A DNA stretch of 64,000 nt from Eledone cirrhosa (taxonomy: Eukaryota), in contig OZ024740.1 of assembly GCA_964016885.1 (NCBI GenBank), positions 190,216,001 to 190,280,000 on the forward strand, in the 5' to 3' direction. Both the position numbers and the translations under genes were made by a program. Position 1 is the first letter of the stretch. Each line of letters starts with the position of its first letter. Of this stretch, positions 1 through 14,117 are shown piece by piece. The notes under the pieces were generated by a model. That model saw only the letters and a list, made by a program, of their open reading frames with translations. It was not told where the DNA came from and did not search any database.

Positions 1-155
1 GGTGCTCTGAAATAGTGATATATATATGAATGTATATATAGTGTATTTTGCAATACACTGTATGCTTAATTAAAAGCATTTCGAAAACCTTACGCTATTG
101 TTTTAGAGTAGTGGCCGTCTCACTTACTTTAATTTTCAGCAAACAGCGAAGATAA

Positions 156-200
156 AACTGACAGAGCTCTGTTTCACACTTTTTGGCACTTATCAAAGCT
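156..200 (-). ncRNA. Type I hammerhead ribozyme, U3-A8 core
   Basis: Reverse complement reads agct TTGATAA gtgc caaaaa gtgt GAAAC AGAGCTCT GTC agtt. Stem III is palindromic; stem II is weak (G-U rich). Confidence 0.65.
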
Positions 201-495
201 AAGTACTCCACCTGTCAGCTTTATCTCCCCTGTTTGCTGAAAATTAAAGTAAGTGAGACTGTCAATACTCTAAAACAATAGCCTAAGGTCTTTGAAATAC
301 TTCTTAATTAAGCATACAGTTTATTGCAAAATACACTATATATACATTCATATATATATCGCTATTTCAGAGCACCAATTCTAATTTTCAATCTCTGCTT
401 GACCGGCAACCGATCTGTATAATCAGTTCCTTATTATTACTAGAATTCTATAAGAATCAAACATTCATGATTTTCAGCAAACAGGCGGAGTACTT

Positions 496-540
496 AGGTT
501 TGATAAGCACCAACAAGTGCGAAACAGAGCTCTGTCAGCT
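496..540 (+). ncRNA. Type I hammerhead ribozyme, U3-A8 core
   Basis: aggt TTGATAA gcac caacaa gtgc GAAAC AGAGCTCT GTC agct. Perfect stem II and palindromic stem III. Confidence 0.75.
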
Positions 541-665
541 TTATCTCCCCTGTTTGATAAAAGTTAAAGTAAGTGAGACTGTGACTACTCTAAAACAATA
601 GCATAAGGTCTGCGAAATGCTTTTAATTAAGCATACAGTGTATTGCAATATACACTATATATACA

Positions 666-668
<3 letters not shown>

Positions 669-759
<91 letters not shown>

Positions 760-770
760 TACATATATAC
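669..770. repeat. (TA)n microsatellite (representative of more than 30 in the window)
   Basis: Direct reading; source of the YIYI ORFs. Confidence 0.95.
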
Positions 771-773
771 ATG

Positions 774-1489
774 AAATAGTGTATATATACTATCAAATGA
801 TTCTATGGACATACTTTATAGTATATTGCTCTGATTATTTAATTTATTTATTCATCATTGAGCCACATTGTGAATGGTTGCCAAAACATATATATCTGTG
901 ACTTTGTCTAGTTTGTGTATATGTAAATCTTTATATTTAATAATCTCCCATAATGTTGAGATGCAATTTGGGCAATATTGGGCTGCGGTCTCTAGCAAGC
1001 AGCCCACTCGCCGTAAGCAACAATCACATTCTTTTCGACTTGACCACTGCCACGTCAGAATTCTTAGCCATTTTGAATTCGTTTCTGACGGGGAACACTT
1101 AAGAAAAGAATCTTTCCTAACGAGTTTGTTTCGAGATGAGTTCAAAGCTCAAGGTTTTATCCTTAATAGGATATTTCCAAATGCGAACGAAACCCGAGGG
1201 TAGAAACATAATCCTGGTATGTGTATATGCATTTCTTCTAACTTTAATTTTATACCTAATTGTGTATGGTTGACTGTATACTTAATCGATTTCCACGTGC
1301 TGTTGAAATGTTGGGTAAACATTCTATGCCGCGAAGAGATTGCTGTCATTTATGTATCTACTATTTCTTCATAGGTGCCTTTTAATCTTATAGCCTGGTC
1401 GAATTGAATTTGTGTGTGGTAAATTATGCTAATTGTGAGAAGAAATGGTGTATATATATTATCAAATGATTCTATGGATATACTTTATA

Positions 1490-1495
<6 letters not shown>
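774..1495. repeat. ~670-bp unit with ~52-bp direct terminal repeats, between (TA)n runs
   Basis: gaaat(a/g)gtgtatatata..atcaaatgattctatgga..tactttatagtatat at 774-826 and 1442-1495. Confidence 0.55.
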
Positions 1496-1522
<27 letters not shown>

Positions 1523-1525
<3 letters not shown>

Positions 1526-2610
1526 GTGGAACACTGGAAGGCAATATCCGTAGCGGTAGAGCACTCAGTCAAGGGACGAGTTAGTTAGAATTGGTTACAC
1601 AACAGTTAGTTCACCACACCGAGAACAATTTTTTTCACCTTAGTGGATCTTCAGCTCGGAATGGGCATGGTTATAGGAACAGGAAGGACAACCGTGCGAA
1701 CGCGCATGCGCAGAAACCCGGCTACTTCATACAGGCAATACTAGACTGCGTTCGAGAGGTGTAAGGGAGATAACTGCGAACATCCGAAACGTTTTTAGGT
1801 TGAAAATAAAATTGCAAAGAATCAGTCCGAAGCCTTGTAATTATGCATTAGTTGTTTGGCGACGTGTGGACAACTTGTGAAAAATTCACTTCTCGTGTTT
1901 AGGCAATCACTATTGCGTAATCTCTTTAGAATAGTTATTCGTTCGTCAATACATAAGCCACACGTCGGATTTCCACGTGCGTATGGCTTGGACTTAGTGA
2001 TGGCTTTCTATTGAATGGAGTAGTCTATACTTGAGTCCTTGAGGGACCATACGTAGCTCGCGAGTATCGTGGATGAACGTCTGCCCGGGTATCTGAAGGT
2101 AGACTGGTGGTACAGGAAACGTTCCTTTAATCGGCCCTCCGCCATGCCCACATAGAATGTGACCTCCTGTGGTTCGTTTGGTCGGTTGGAAGTGACAACA
2201 GCTTCATAGATTACAGCTGGTGTGTTGCATTGCTGTTGAAGGGTGCAAGCTTCAGACTTACGGCAAGTGCACCCTGGTGGGGTGTTGCTCTTAGGGCTGC
2301 TGGTAATGTCGGCCTTCATGTTCTTAGCGCAGGAGTATCCTAGTTAAACTTTGTGTCGGTTAAAGATGGAGCAGTATTTATGACCTATGGGGAAGTGTCT
2401 ATCTAAGAGGACTAGACATTTATTTCCTACATTCACTCAACGTTTCCTGCATTCACGCAACGTTAAGACCAATGTAGGAAAAGACGTCTAGCCCTCTTAG
2501 ATAGACACTTCCCCGTAGGATATAAAAACCGCTCCATCTTTAACCGACACAAAGTTAAACTAGGATACTTCTGCGTTAGGAACAACACCCCACCAGGGTG
2601 CACTTGTCGT
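1523..2610 (-). mobile_element. 5'-truncated Penelope-like element (Naiad-like): GIY-YIG endonuclease remnant with 5' inversion
   Basis: ORF 2008-2319 has CTC..C, VIYEAVV, FYVGMAEG.LKERF..H, LASYVWSLK. About 2325-2435 is mirrored by 2470-2610. HHR lies in the 3' region. Confidence 0.85.
1619..1659 (-). ncRNA. Degenerate hammerhead ribozyme in PLE 3' region
   Basis: ccgag CTGAAGA tccac taag gtg a-aaaaa aatt gt t ctcgg. Stem I is ccgag/ctcgg; the GAAAC box is eroded. Confidence 0.55.
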
Positions 2611-4163
2611 TTAACTTTGGTCTTCTAATCTCTATCTCAGTAGATTCTCTGATTTGCCTAACAGTTGAGTCATTTCAATGTTTAGATATTATTTTCAATT
2701 ATATGTTGTCTATATTACCGTCATGTCTTTGTCCGGCGTGTTCGTATAGTACTGAATGTTTTTTTGGTGACATTTCTAATTCATTTATTCACCGAAAGCG
2801 CTTAGATTTTCTATTTCATAAATAGTTATTTTCAACAAACATATTTATTATTGCACCTCAATTATGAGTAACATTCTTTTGTAAATAAATATTTGTTTTA
2901 TATCATTGAATGATATATATTTTTACTCGATACATTTTGAAAACACTAGGTAATTTTCCAATAGAGTACTATGAAAAAAGTTTTATTAAATCGTAATTTA
3001 TATAGTGTTGCAACCTGTGGGAGACCATTTCTCTGTGATGTGTAAGCTGTGCATTAGGCGGGCCGAATGTTTTGACAATTAATTCCAAAATGTATGGATT
3101 AGTGGAACTGGATGAAACATAGCATTTGACAAATGAGTCTTGCAAAGGAGCAATCATTTAATTGGACTTAATGGATTAACAGTAATTGAGATAATGAAAT
3201 CAAAGAGATTTAAAGAGCAATAGTGGCATTAATAGTGAAGTATAGAGACAATGGAATTCTCTAAAATCTAATTAGTACAGTGCTCATACAAACAAAATTT
3301 GCCATTGCAGTCAAAGAGTTAATGATTAAACGCTTCTCATCGCATATACGATAAATACCAAAGTGATATACTACTCTTTCTAGATCAGTGAACTTGTGAC
3401 TATCAGTTGGGAATTCTATTAAGATGTATTGAATATAGAGAATACATTTAAAGGGATGTTTTCCATTGGAGTAGCATTTCAGTGAAAATGCTTCACGTTA
3501 TTAAACAAATCTATTAATGTACATCAAACAAATATATGGGGCTTTAACAATACAAGAAAAAAGTATGATTAACACTTAAAAGTTAACTTCTCAAAGTATC
3601 TCTATATAATCGTAGTGGTACTTGATAGGAAAATAAATTAAATAATCTGACTACTTATTCCGCCAGTAACAATGCGTATTCTAGTTTTCGCCAGACGAAG
3701 TAAGACATTCTAGCTCCTCATATGTAGTGTATTTAATTACCATTTCTCTTTGGTTAGTAATGATACTTATGGATCACAAGCAAATACGATTCCACCAAAA
3801 TCAAGAACTATGGGGCAAACTAGTAACCTCGCTACAGGAAAGAGCATGTATCGCAATGTCAATGCGTTTTATATAATGTCAAAGAAGGAACAATATTTTG
3901 GATAAAGTTGATCTAATGATATTATGTTTAAGAAAATATATTTTCATAGTTGGATTGTTTTCAACAACATATCTGCCCAAAGACAGCTAGCCCAAGACTG
4001 CATCAACAACACTGCATCAACAACAATACAATATATATCTTTATACAATATATATAAATATTTCGTATCTCCAAAGAAATACAGTTTTAGGAAGCCGAAG
4101 CTATGAAAACACCGGGAGGATTACGCCCTCTGGTGATGTCCAGCGGAAACAAAGGGGACAACC

Positions 4164-4198
<35 letters not shown>

Positions 4199-4291
4199 AG
4201 GTAATTCGGAAGTAAAAGCAAAGGAAAATAGACTGCTCTATGTATAGAATAGAGCTATTTAATTAGAAAGTGTTGTTCACTTTCTAATTAA

Positions 4292-4324
<33 letters not shown>

Positions 4325-4325
<1 letters not shown>

Positions 4326-4545
4326 TCACCACATTCCCGTAGTATAGGAGGTCTGAAATCTCAATTCTGAAAGGTAGCGGCTCCACTTGGAGTGACTCTT
4401 TGATCTCCCAGCTATTCAATCTATCGAGTAATGTTACTCCAAAACCCTTTGGAGGAACCCCATTTCGGCCGCTTGTTTTCGCGATTTTATTCTTTCGGTC
4501 ATTATCCATGATTCATGATCATAGGTAAGTGTTGGTTCGAATAGC
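4325..4545 (-). mobile_element. RTE-clade LINE C-terminal fragment
   Basis: Translation GVTLLDRLNSWEIKESLQVEPLPFRIEISDLLYYGNV resembles the RTE post-RT region. Related tcatgatcataggtaag recurs at ~36446. Confidence 0.6.
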
Positions 4546-6541
4546 TCAGCGACTGCAACGTAACACTAAACCATATATCCTAAAGTGTGACTTCAATGCA
4601 CATGTTGGCATTGTTTACCTGATATGGAAAGTAGTGATTGCAAGGAACGGCGATGTCGATCTAAATAGGAACCCCGTTCTAGCAATGGAGAATCTATTTT
4701 GAACACCCCACCCTTCCTCTCAAAATATAAAATGACACTTTATATGATGCATTTCTAGATAACCATCAAAGTTGCGTTGAAGTTAAACAGCAAAACAATA
4801 AATGCAAATCTTAATCATATTAATAGAGCTGATATATTCAAATGTTCATCTGTCACTGTCGTCTTCTACAATCCAATTATTGGCACCGTCCACATTCTGT
4901 TATGACTAACGCCGCACTTAAGTAACAAATATAATTAAAGCAAAATAATATGTATATGTAGAAGTGTAGTCTAGAACAGTTCCTATATTGAAGCAAAAGT
5001 ATATACACACAAACAATAAACAAAACACATTTGTCATAATATAATAATACCCTACAATTCCAGATAAGGCATATTTAATCTAAATGGCATCAAATCACAA
5101 ATGTTACAACCATACAACCGTACATAAACCTTCCCTGGCCAGCCCTTTATGATAATAACTATAAGACAAATTCTCTAAAATAGGATGATCCCTAGGCTCC
5201 AGACATTGTATTACATGTTATCAAAGTCTACACCTATAAGAACAACATCTACAAGATAGATTACGTAAGGAGAAAGAAGGAACGTCGTGTTGCGAAGTCT
5301 CACTTTCGTACAAACAATGAACACGAATCACAAAGGAAAGTATCATCGGTTGGAAACCAATTTAATTATATGTAGGAGTGACGTCAATTTTCATCTTCGC
5401 TTGAACTAGCAGGAAATAATAAAAATATTTAAGGGCCGTGTTCAATAGTCTCAACTATTTTGGACTATACCTTTAGTTTCAATTGGTCTGCCTATTTATA
5501 GCATGGATCTGCACATATCAAATATGCTCATAATTATTAATAACTGGTCATTTATTAATAACTGGTCATTTATACATGTTCTGCATGAGTAAAAATCACT
5601 TTGAAGTTTTTTGAAGACATCATAATGAATACAAATGATATTAATGTACCATAGCGGATAGTAGTGATAATGCTTGAAACTTTAACAGAAAACTTTAACT
5701 GAAAACAACCCATATTTTTGATAAAATCATGGGTGTCATATTGAATACTAATCTAGAGTAAACAATACGACGCATAAAGAGATTCTAGATAGTCCCATGG
5801 GAATATTATGGCTATTACCAAAATTAACATTTATACTCGTACTGATGATACCAAGAAAAACAACACTTTATCTAAAGTAATTTCCATTTGTTTGGAAAGA
5901 GGGTTGGTGATAACTGCTGGTTGTTACTCAGTGAAGTTAAAAGAAAAAAAAAGAAAACAAAACAATGATTTCATGAACATGAATCAAACCGTTAATCCAT
6001 TATTAAAAATGTAATAACTAACAATGAGATTCGATTCAACCAAACTCAAATGCCATTTCAAATGGCATCGGTGGGACGTAGACTATGCAAACGTGTGAAT
6101 TCCAATAAACAGGTTTGATGTCCAAAAATATTCCTTAGTAACATTGCTTCTGTGAGAAACTGCTGAACTTGTCGCAGACACAAGTTAGTTTCCTATTGCA
6201 GAGTATCTTAAATAAACGTTACCTATCACAGACTCAGGATGACCATTACCTTGTTAGGGAATTCTTTTTAGTCGAAACTGTGCGAAATATCACCACATAC
6301 AGGTAATCATGCAGGTCTTTTCACTTACAAACATGAACATTTACGTTTATTCATGCATACTACATATATAGGACTAACCGAAAATGCACGTATTTTCCTT
6401 TCTCAAATTGTTTTTCCATTATCTCGCCTTCTCCCTATCTTTTGTTTTATTTCTTGTTATTTCTGTTTACTTTTTACACACACACATATATACATACATA
6501 CACACACATATATGTATATATACTTATATATAATATATGTA

Positions 6542-6681
<140 letters not shown>

Positions 6682-6994
6682 CGTCAGGTCACTCTTGAGT
6701 GCTACTGGCAACTTGTAAACCAGTACAACATGTCACATGGTCGGGTCGTCGGTGACTAGACTGACAACTCCACCAAGTTTACTTGGTGAGGAGGGTGATT
6801 TTGGACACCCTGTAGGACATAATGCAAAACGTGACAAAGGGCGGGAGAACTGTATAGAATCAACCGCCATCCAGAAATGTGTAAATAGGTATATACACAT
6901 CTACATATGTATGTATATGTAAATACGTGTGTATATACCTGGGGTGTCAGGGCGGGGCATGTACATTTGTAGGGTGGGGTGTGGGGTTTGGGGG

Positions 6995-7549
6995 GGGGGG
7001 GGTAGCCATGCCCTTTTCAGGATAGCTCGTCTTGCATTGGGTCCAACCTCACAGCTCTCACCTGTGGTCCCAAGAAGCTGTAGCATGCGACAGCGGCCAA
7101 ACCCTGGTAAACCACCTTGGCTGGCGGGCCGAACCAGGTTGAATGTAGCCGGACGGGTCTGAAACCCCTGGGTAAGTTAGATAGAGGATGCCTGCCTTTG
7201 CATGCGAAGATTGGACCCGGCGGAGTGAGTGGAGGCGGACAACATCGTCCCAACGGTCACGAAGGTGGCGACAGCAAGCGGTGTGGAGCTCTAGGGCACG
7301 GCAAGGCAGTACAGACGTCGTGCCCATTCACTGCAGCCAAGGAAGTCCCTGGTCGTGACGGTCCTCCGTACAACCGGATTCTTGCTTCTCCGGCCCAGTG
7401 AGTGGGACCGTCACTCTGCACTGCCCCTCTCACTATAAACCTTTCCCGCACTGGTTTCTTCTTTAGCGTGCACTCCCAAAGCCCTCCCCCATGGCAGACA
7501 GGAACTAAAATAAAGAAGATGTCATCACAGTTTACGATGGACAACCAAG

Positions 7550-7550
<1 letters not shown>
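6995..7550 (+). mobile_element. GC-rich fragment resembling the 5' UTR of an RTE-type LINE
   Basis: cagctctcacctgtggtccc...agctgtagcatgcgacagcggcc...ggcgggccgaaccagg, recalled from RTE 5' ends and not verified by search. Confidence 0.4.
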
Positions 7551-7589
<39 letters not shown>

Positions 7590-7594
<5 letters not shown>

Positions 7595-7939
7595 ATTAAA
7601 TAAATGGAAACTATATTTATAAAACCATATTTATTTCATTATATATATTTCAGGGATAACATATTAACAATATGCTATGCCTTCCTCAGACAAAATACAA
7701 TATAAACAGTTTTATAGATAAATAGATTCGACATACCGTAACAACATCTCCTTGGGAAGGTTGATTTGGTTGTGAAATATATATAATGTTGTGAAATATA
7801 TGTAATGAAATAAATATGGTTTTATTAATATAGTTTCCATTTATTTAATATTGTAAATATACTCCAAATATTTGTCGAGTGCTTTTATATCAGTTATAAA
7901 TATTTACTAGTTGTAACACAACAATTTAAATATAACTTT

Positions 7940-7942
<3 letters not shown>
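7590..7942. mobile_element. Short fold-back HHR element between (TA)n runs; same family as 63345-63685
   Basis: 7591-7652 is inverted against 7792-7853. Shared sequence with 63350-63685. Confidence 0.75.
7632..7697 (-). ncRNA. Type I hammerhead ribozyme, canonical core
   Basis: tattttgt CTGAGGA agg-cat-agcatatt..aatatgtt-at-c-cct GAAA TATATA T A atgaaata. Confidence 0.75.
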
Positions 7943-7990
<48 letters not shown>

Positions 7991-7991
<1 letters not shown>

Positions 7992-8191
7992 CGAAGGAAA
8001 TGTGGTAAGGAACCAGGTGGACCATAACGCACCAAAGTACTCAATACTTAGGGTAGTAGAGTGGGTATTAGGAACGAGTAGGACCCCGACGGCTGAGCTC
8101 AAGCCGTTTCGACGGCTAATTCTGAACTTTTAGTCCAGAATTAGCCGTCGAAACAGCTTGAGCTTAGCCGTCGGGGTCCTACTCGTTCCTA
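7991..8191. mobile_element. Fold-back end of a PLE pLTR containing only the HHR 3' half on each arm; family of 15900/18900/53740/63770
   Basis: Near-perfect hairpin 8069-8191 with GAAAC ggct tgagctc agcc GTC gggg on both strands. Confidence 0.7.
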
Positions 8192-8545
8192 TATATATAT
8201 ATACCCATCAATATTTACTGTTCGTGTCTCTTGATTTATATGCAATATTAATTATATCCATTACTTATAGCATACTAATTACGGATTAATCGCCATAGAG
8301 AATTAATGAATTGTTTGGCCTTATTTAAACACATCCCTCATATAATCTCAAATGTGAGAGCGACTGCGAGCTGTTTTTCTTAGTGTCATCCTGATGGTTT
8401 CATTGCATGGGATAAATATTCAATACGTACAGTTGATGCGTAGTGTAGTGAGGGTGGAGTTACTTCGTGGTGATGTTTGTGGTGGTTCAAGTATTGTGCA
8501 AATTATTACTCGTTTCGTCACTTGTATCACATTTGCCAGTGAAAT

Positions 8546-8705
8546 ATCTTCAGACTTGCAATTGCTGTATTTCTAGATCATTGAACTTGGAGGATTTTTA
8601 AGCTGAATATAGTTTCTCTCCAGAGGCGCCATCATTAACTTTCTTCAGGTATATCAATTTAGATGATTTACATAGAACCCGATTACGTTATGTGATGACA
8701 TGTGT
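8546..8705. repeat. Dispersed repeat with an inverted copy at 13072-13230
   Basis: atcttcagacttgcaattgctgtatttctagatcattgaacttgg...gatgacatgtg matches the reverse complement at 13072-13230. Confidence 0.75.
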
Positions 8706-11068
8706 ATTAACTTCCTTTGATTATGAACCGATTAAGTGAAAATATAAGCGATGATATAGTTGATATATATGTATGTAGATGCATTAGGTATGTTTCAGAA
8801 AATGTGTGGTTTAGGTCACGTATATGTGGTACAATCAGTTCAAATAGATAGATAGGTTCTTTCATCAGACGTACGATAGAACCTTCAAGATCCACGCAGG
8901 GGTGTATGCATTTAGATCGCTGTGGATGTTGATCTGATATTAAATTATTCTTAATGTCATGTACAAGATTCTGGGCGAGAGATTACCGAACGCATTGCTG
9001 GGAAAATTGTACAGTAGAACAAATAAACAGATGATGTTACAGAGTTCAGAACGAAAACCGTAATATCTGAGTGAACGGGCTATATGATAGCATTGAGGAC
9101 GAAATGACACTTAAAATAATAGAGACGATTTAGAGATAGAGAATGAAAGGCTTGTATCACATAAAGACATTGACTGTATCGTTTACGTTTCAAACAATGT
9201 TTACAGATATTTGAGTGGGAGGTGAGTTTTTACCTGCATTCACTTGCATATACATGTATGGGCTTGAAGTTTCGTATCTTTTAATATTTGTTTCTGAATT
9301 ATGACATATGAGAGATCAGTGCAAATCAAAACCAACGATAAAAGGCGGAGTCCTAAACAAATCCATGTGAATCAGCAATGAGACGCATTTTGAATAGCCA
9401 AATAATATATATTGTTCAAATACAATAAATAAGAATTTGCCTACGTTGATTATACTTAGGTATATTATGTATTATTCTTTTATACAAATATTATCTTCAA
9501 CCAAACCTATTGCATGTCTGAAATATAGGTTCCAACGTATTAAACCAATATTCGCATCCCTAATTAATTTTCTAAACAAAAATGACAATATTTGCAATAT
9601 TTGTATTAAGCCTAAATGGGCAGCGGTTGTTTCACAAGAAGAGAAACGACTATATGTTGAAACTGAATATATTGATATATTCTAACATTACTAAACCCAG
9701 GAAAACTTGAAATTAAAACATATAAAATAAGAACATGTAAATATTGCATATCAATCAAGGGACGCGAAAAGTCAAAATTACAAATACCAACCTAATGCAT
9801 CGACATCATGTTCTAGAAAGGAATTAATTGAAATAAAAATGTATAGTCTACATATAAATAAATTGAAAGCGCTACATACTCAAATATTTCATAAATAACA
9901 AATAATTTCTCAGCTCTTAATAACGTATCCATATTTCTTTCCTTTCTTTGCTAACAACTGAAGAATTATTTTAAATTGTTCATTTGCATACAGACGAACA
10001 AATAAAAGCAAAACAAAAATATCCTAGAATATTGATTTCCTAAATTGCCTCAATGAAAAGTGGGAACTCCCTGTTATTTTCTCTTTCCTATTCCGCACAC
10101 ATAATGTGCTAATTAAATTAAATATCTTTTTACTGTCATCTGAAACCAGGATTGAACCGAGTATGATAGTTTGCTAATGATGGATGTCGTTAATGTCCAT
10201 AAAATTGATAATGTAAGTTCTGTGTCATCTTAGATAGAGGAACACATCTTTAAAGTAACGGAGTGCAAGGAAATTAGATTCGAAAGTTTAAATTAGAGAA
10301 AATCCGGTATCATGAAAGAAAAGAAAAAAATGTTGGTCGGTGTCGGCAGCAATTAATCGGTAGGTGTGTATTGAGTTTAATTGCTTTTAGAAATTAATGT
10401 TTTCAGTTTCGCAGCTGATAAATTTGGTCTGGCAGTGAGGGAGATCGTAAAAGGATTGCAAGCAAAAGATCAAAATAAAACGAAGCATATCTTCCTCATA
10501 TAGACGTCTTTTTCCCCCTAACGGTCATTGAACATCGACAACTATTCTACCCACTATCTTAACTGAGATTTTGGTGATATCTCGGTATGGAATGAATGTA
10601 CGAATTCAATTTGAATCAATTGTATATTTCAAAATGTTATTTGTTTTCAGAAAGCAGAAAATGTAGTTATTAATATGCCCTATGTCTGTTCCCGTGTGTT
10701 AAGACGTCCTATTTCTAACGTATTGATTGATGTCAGTCTATCGCTCAAATTTATTGAGGACATTTTTGTAAAATAATATTGATTTGGCAAATAGGAAAGA
10801 TTAACTTAAAACAAGATATGTATGCTTTCATATAGGCTATGTTCATGTAGGGCGATTTTACATTTTAACTGATGTCACTTTCTCTTATATAATTGTCTTT
10901 TTAATGAAATCTTAATGTGTATACGATTCTATAAATATATTACATATCTATATGTATTCAGATTTATATATTCATAAAAAAACTGTCCACACATGATTGT
11001 ATTCAGGAATGCAGACACATACAGACACACATACACACACAGGCAAACAGGCACACACGTTCACACAT

Positions 11069-11103
<35 letters not shown>

Positions 11104-11125
11104 GCCCCCCCCCACACACACACAC

Positions 11126-11179
<54 letters not shown>

Positions 11180-11813
11180 CCGATGTACATATATGAGTTT
11201 TTCTATGTGGATATGTCTGGGAATAGGAAGGGTATGTGTGTCAAATCTTTCAACATCTTCTACATAAATATAAGTGAGTGTGTGGATAGAAAGGAGTAGG
11301 CTATAACCTTTTTAACTTTAAGCTGTGTTTAAAAGAGTAAGTAAAATATAATTTATTACGAAATTACACAGAAAAAAAGTATATAACATTTAAAAATAGT
11401 ATTTGAATGTGACATTGTAAAGGTGAAATGCAATTATATAATATGAAACCGAAAACAGCAAAAGGAAACTCAGTAGAAACCAGTCTCCCGATGCTGATGG
11501 ACGCAATTGTGTGGTGTATAGAAGTGGAAACAATTCATAGCATTTTGTTCTTATGGAATAGTGTGTACAAAACCAAACGAATATTTTATGAACTTAATGT
11601 TGTTATCTTAGCATTGTTTCCTGTTAGCTTTCGCTACATTAAATCGAATTCACTTTGTATGATCTATTCATAGAAACTAGATCTGTGGAACCAACTGTAA
11701 AACCTTAAATCTGCGAAGAACAATGTTAGAAAAGCATCTAATCAACATTAGTAATAACGCTTATATGCATATATACATATATACATTCATATATACATAC
11801 ATATATATATGTA

Positions 11814-11851
<38 letters not shown>

Positions 11852-13859
11852 TATTTTTGTGTTCACTATATATCCTATAAAGAACATCATTGCATAATAT
11901 ATATTTGTGTATGTATGTATGTGTCTGTACGTGTGTGTGAGTGTGTGCTTGTGTATGTGTATATACTATATACATATATATATATCCTTTGTTATGTCAG
12001 GGTGGGCTAATAGAAAGAGGTCAATTTTTTTGTATTTTGAAATATTTCTGTATAGTTTTTTAATATATGGCCAGGAAATATTTTGTTATACAACATCTAT
12101 TGATTTGCCTCATCTCTGTGTTTATTATATTGTCATATCGAATAGAAGAATTCGACATTTCATTAACGTTTGAAGAATTCTATATAAATCTATAATAATT
12201 GAGTCCGGGGAGGCGAAGCTATACATTTCAAACTGCTCTATTCCAAACTTGCTAGATAGAGCTGTAATTATATATCTACAATCTGTAGCTTTTATTGACA
12301 CGAATCTTATGTGAGAATTAAAGACGAGCATACTATGCATCTAAGTAAAGACGTTTATCTGTATTATGTTGATACAAATCTTGTCATCATTATAGAAGAT
12401 AACAAAGATTAAATACATATGAATTTTCGAGGTTGCTAAATTCTTGCAATGTATAATGAAGCAGGGCGCCCATTTAATTGCTTTACATTTATTAAGATCT
12501 TAAATATATAAGAAACACATATGAATAACAGAATTTGGTGGAGAAATGTTTAGGATAATTTATAATCTGTGCTCAATAGAGATATTTGCAACCTTGCTAC
12601 TGCCTTCTATGACATCAGAATATAAAGAATTAATTTAAGTGAGAATACATAATGCTAGGAAGTCCTGCAAGACCAGACCACTATACAACAATGCAAAACA
12701 ATCTATGCTGCGATTTCCAATATTCCATATCACGTTCGTGCTAAAATGTGGCTTTATATTCATTCCCAACTTATTTATTGCAGTAATTTTGCCACCATGA
12801 TTCCTCACAAATTAGACATTTTGCATTTCAATATGTGTAAATTGTCACCAATATACAGCTGTAAATACTTATAATAAATATTAGGAAACAATGGCGAAAG
12901 TATGATATATATTAATTTCAAGATATAATCATATTTAGTACGTGTCAAAAGAGTGAAGAAACTTTGAAGTAGAGAAGTAAAATATTACTAGGAGTAGTAA
13001 ATTGATAAATATGAATGCTCGACACATTGTTTAGTTTCACGTAATCTGTTCATAATCAAAGCAACATAAATCACATGTCATCACATAACGTAATTGGGTT
13101 CTATGTACATAATCTAAATTGATATACCTGAAGAAATTTAATGAAGGCGCCTCTGGACAGAAAATATATTTAGCTTAAAAATCATCCAAGTTCAATGATC
13201 TAGAAATACAGCAATTGCAAGTCTGAAGATAATTCACTGTAACAGTGAAGCAGGCTAAATGAGGGCATTTGAACAATAAATCAACTGGACGCTATTGTAT
13301 GTTTTCTATATTGAGCTTGTCATGACTTTAGAATTGAAATGAAGAAAAGCGATACGAAAAAAAACGTTTTCAGTGATATATATGGAAGAAAAACCTTCGA
13401 GATTATTCAGAATATGCACGAGCAATGTAGTCAGTAAAACTGTCTTAATCATAAATCGGCTTGTATAATCAATCAGAATGGAGATTAAAAGTAATGTTTA
13501 GCAAAATACATGCTACGAAAACGTAGTCACGTAACTACTGTGGGTAATGACCTTGCCAAATTTCTCTTAATCTTATTTCATCGACGACAAATGTGATCAT
13601 AGTATTTGAAAATTGCATTTGGATAATTGCCTATTTATATGCCTGCACAATATTATTTACCTTTCACAAGATTGGCAAGAGGCCGATATCACAACACTGC
13701 AATAAGTCATTTTGATGGATGCAGCATTATGCGATTGAATGTCTGATTTTAGTGCTGTGAATATCCATTGGGAATTATGTCCATATGTAAGAAAGTAACT
13801 TATACACGCACATAACTATCTCTTTCTTTCTCTCTGTCTCTTCCCCCCCCCCTCCCCCC

Positions 13860-13928
<69 letters not shown>

Positions 13929-13977
13929 AATAATAATGCAATGACGGCTTTTTATATCTTCATTATGTTTATTGATT

Positions 13978-14062
13978 GGTGACGTACGTTTCGCTATTGA
14001 TCAACTCATGGTTCGATCTGTATCGAGATGGCCCGTCTCTGGAGTCAACATTTCGTCGGACC
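13978..14062 (-). ncRNA. Degenerate hammerhead candidate
   Basis: ggt CCGACGA ... gc GAAAC GTAC GTC acc. The 3' half is perfect; the 5' core has U4->C. Confidence 0.4.
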
Positions 14063-14117
14063 TCTGCTGTTGTAATGCCAGAATGACATTATAAAGCATG
14101 GTTACAACCCATTACAG

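Larger units (their letters stand above)
1..670. mobile_element. Non-coding fold-back PLE-derived element (inverted pLTR pieces) carrying hammerheads; probably truncated by the window edge
   Basis: 1-163 and 212-376 are inverted repeats (ggtgctctgaaatag...ctatttcagagcacc). 470-670 is a third copy running into (TA)n. Confidence 0.75.

Noticed and set aside
617-901. YIYI, HTHT, VCVC and poly-T ORFs throughout the track
   Set aside because: They are translations of (TA)n, (CA)n and (CTA)n microsatellites.
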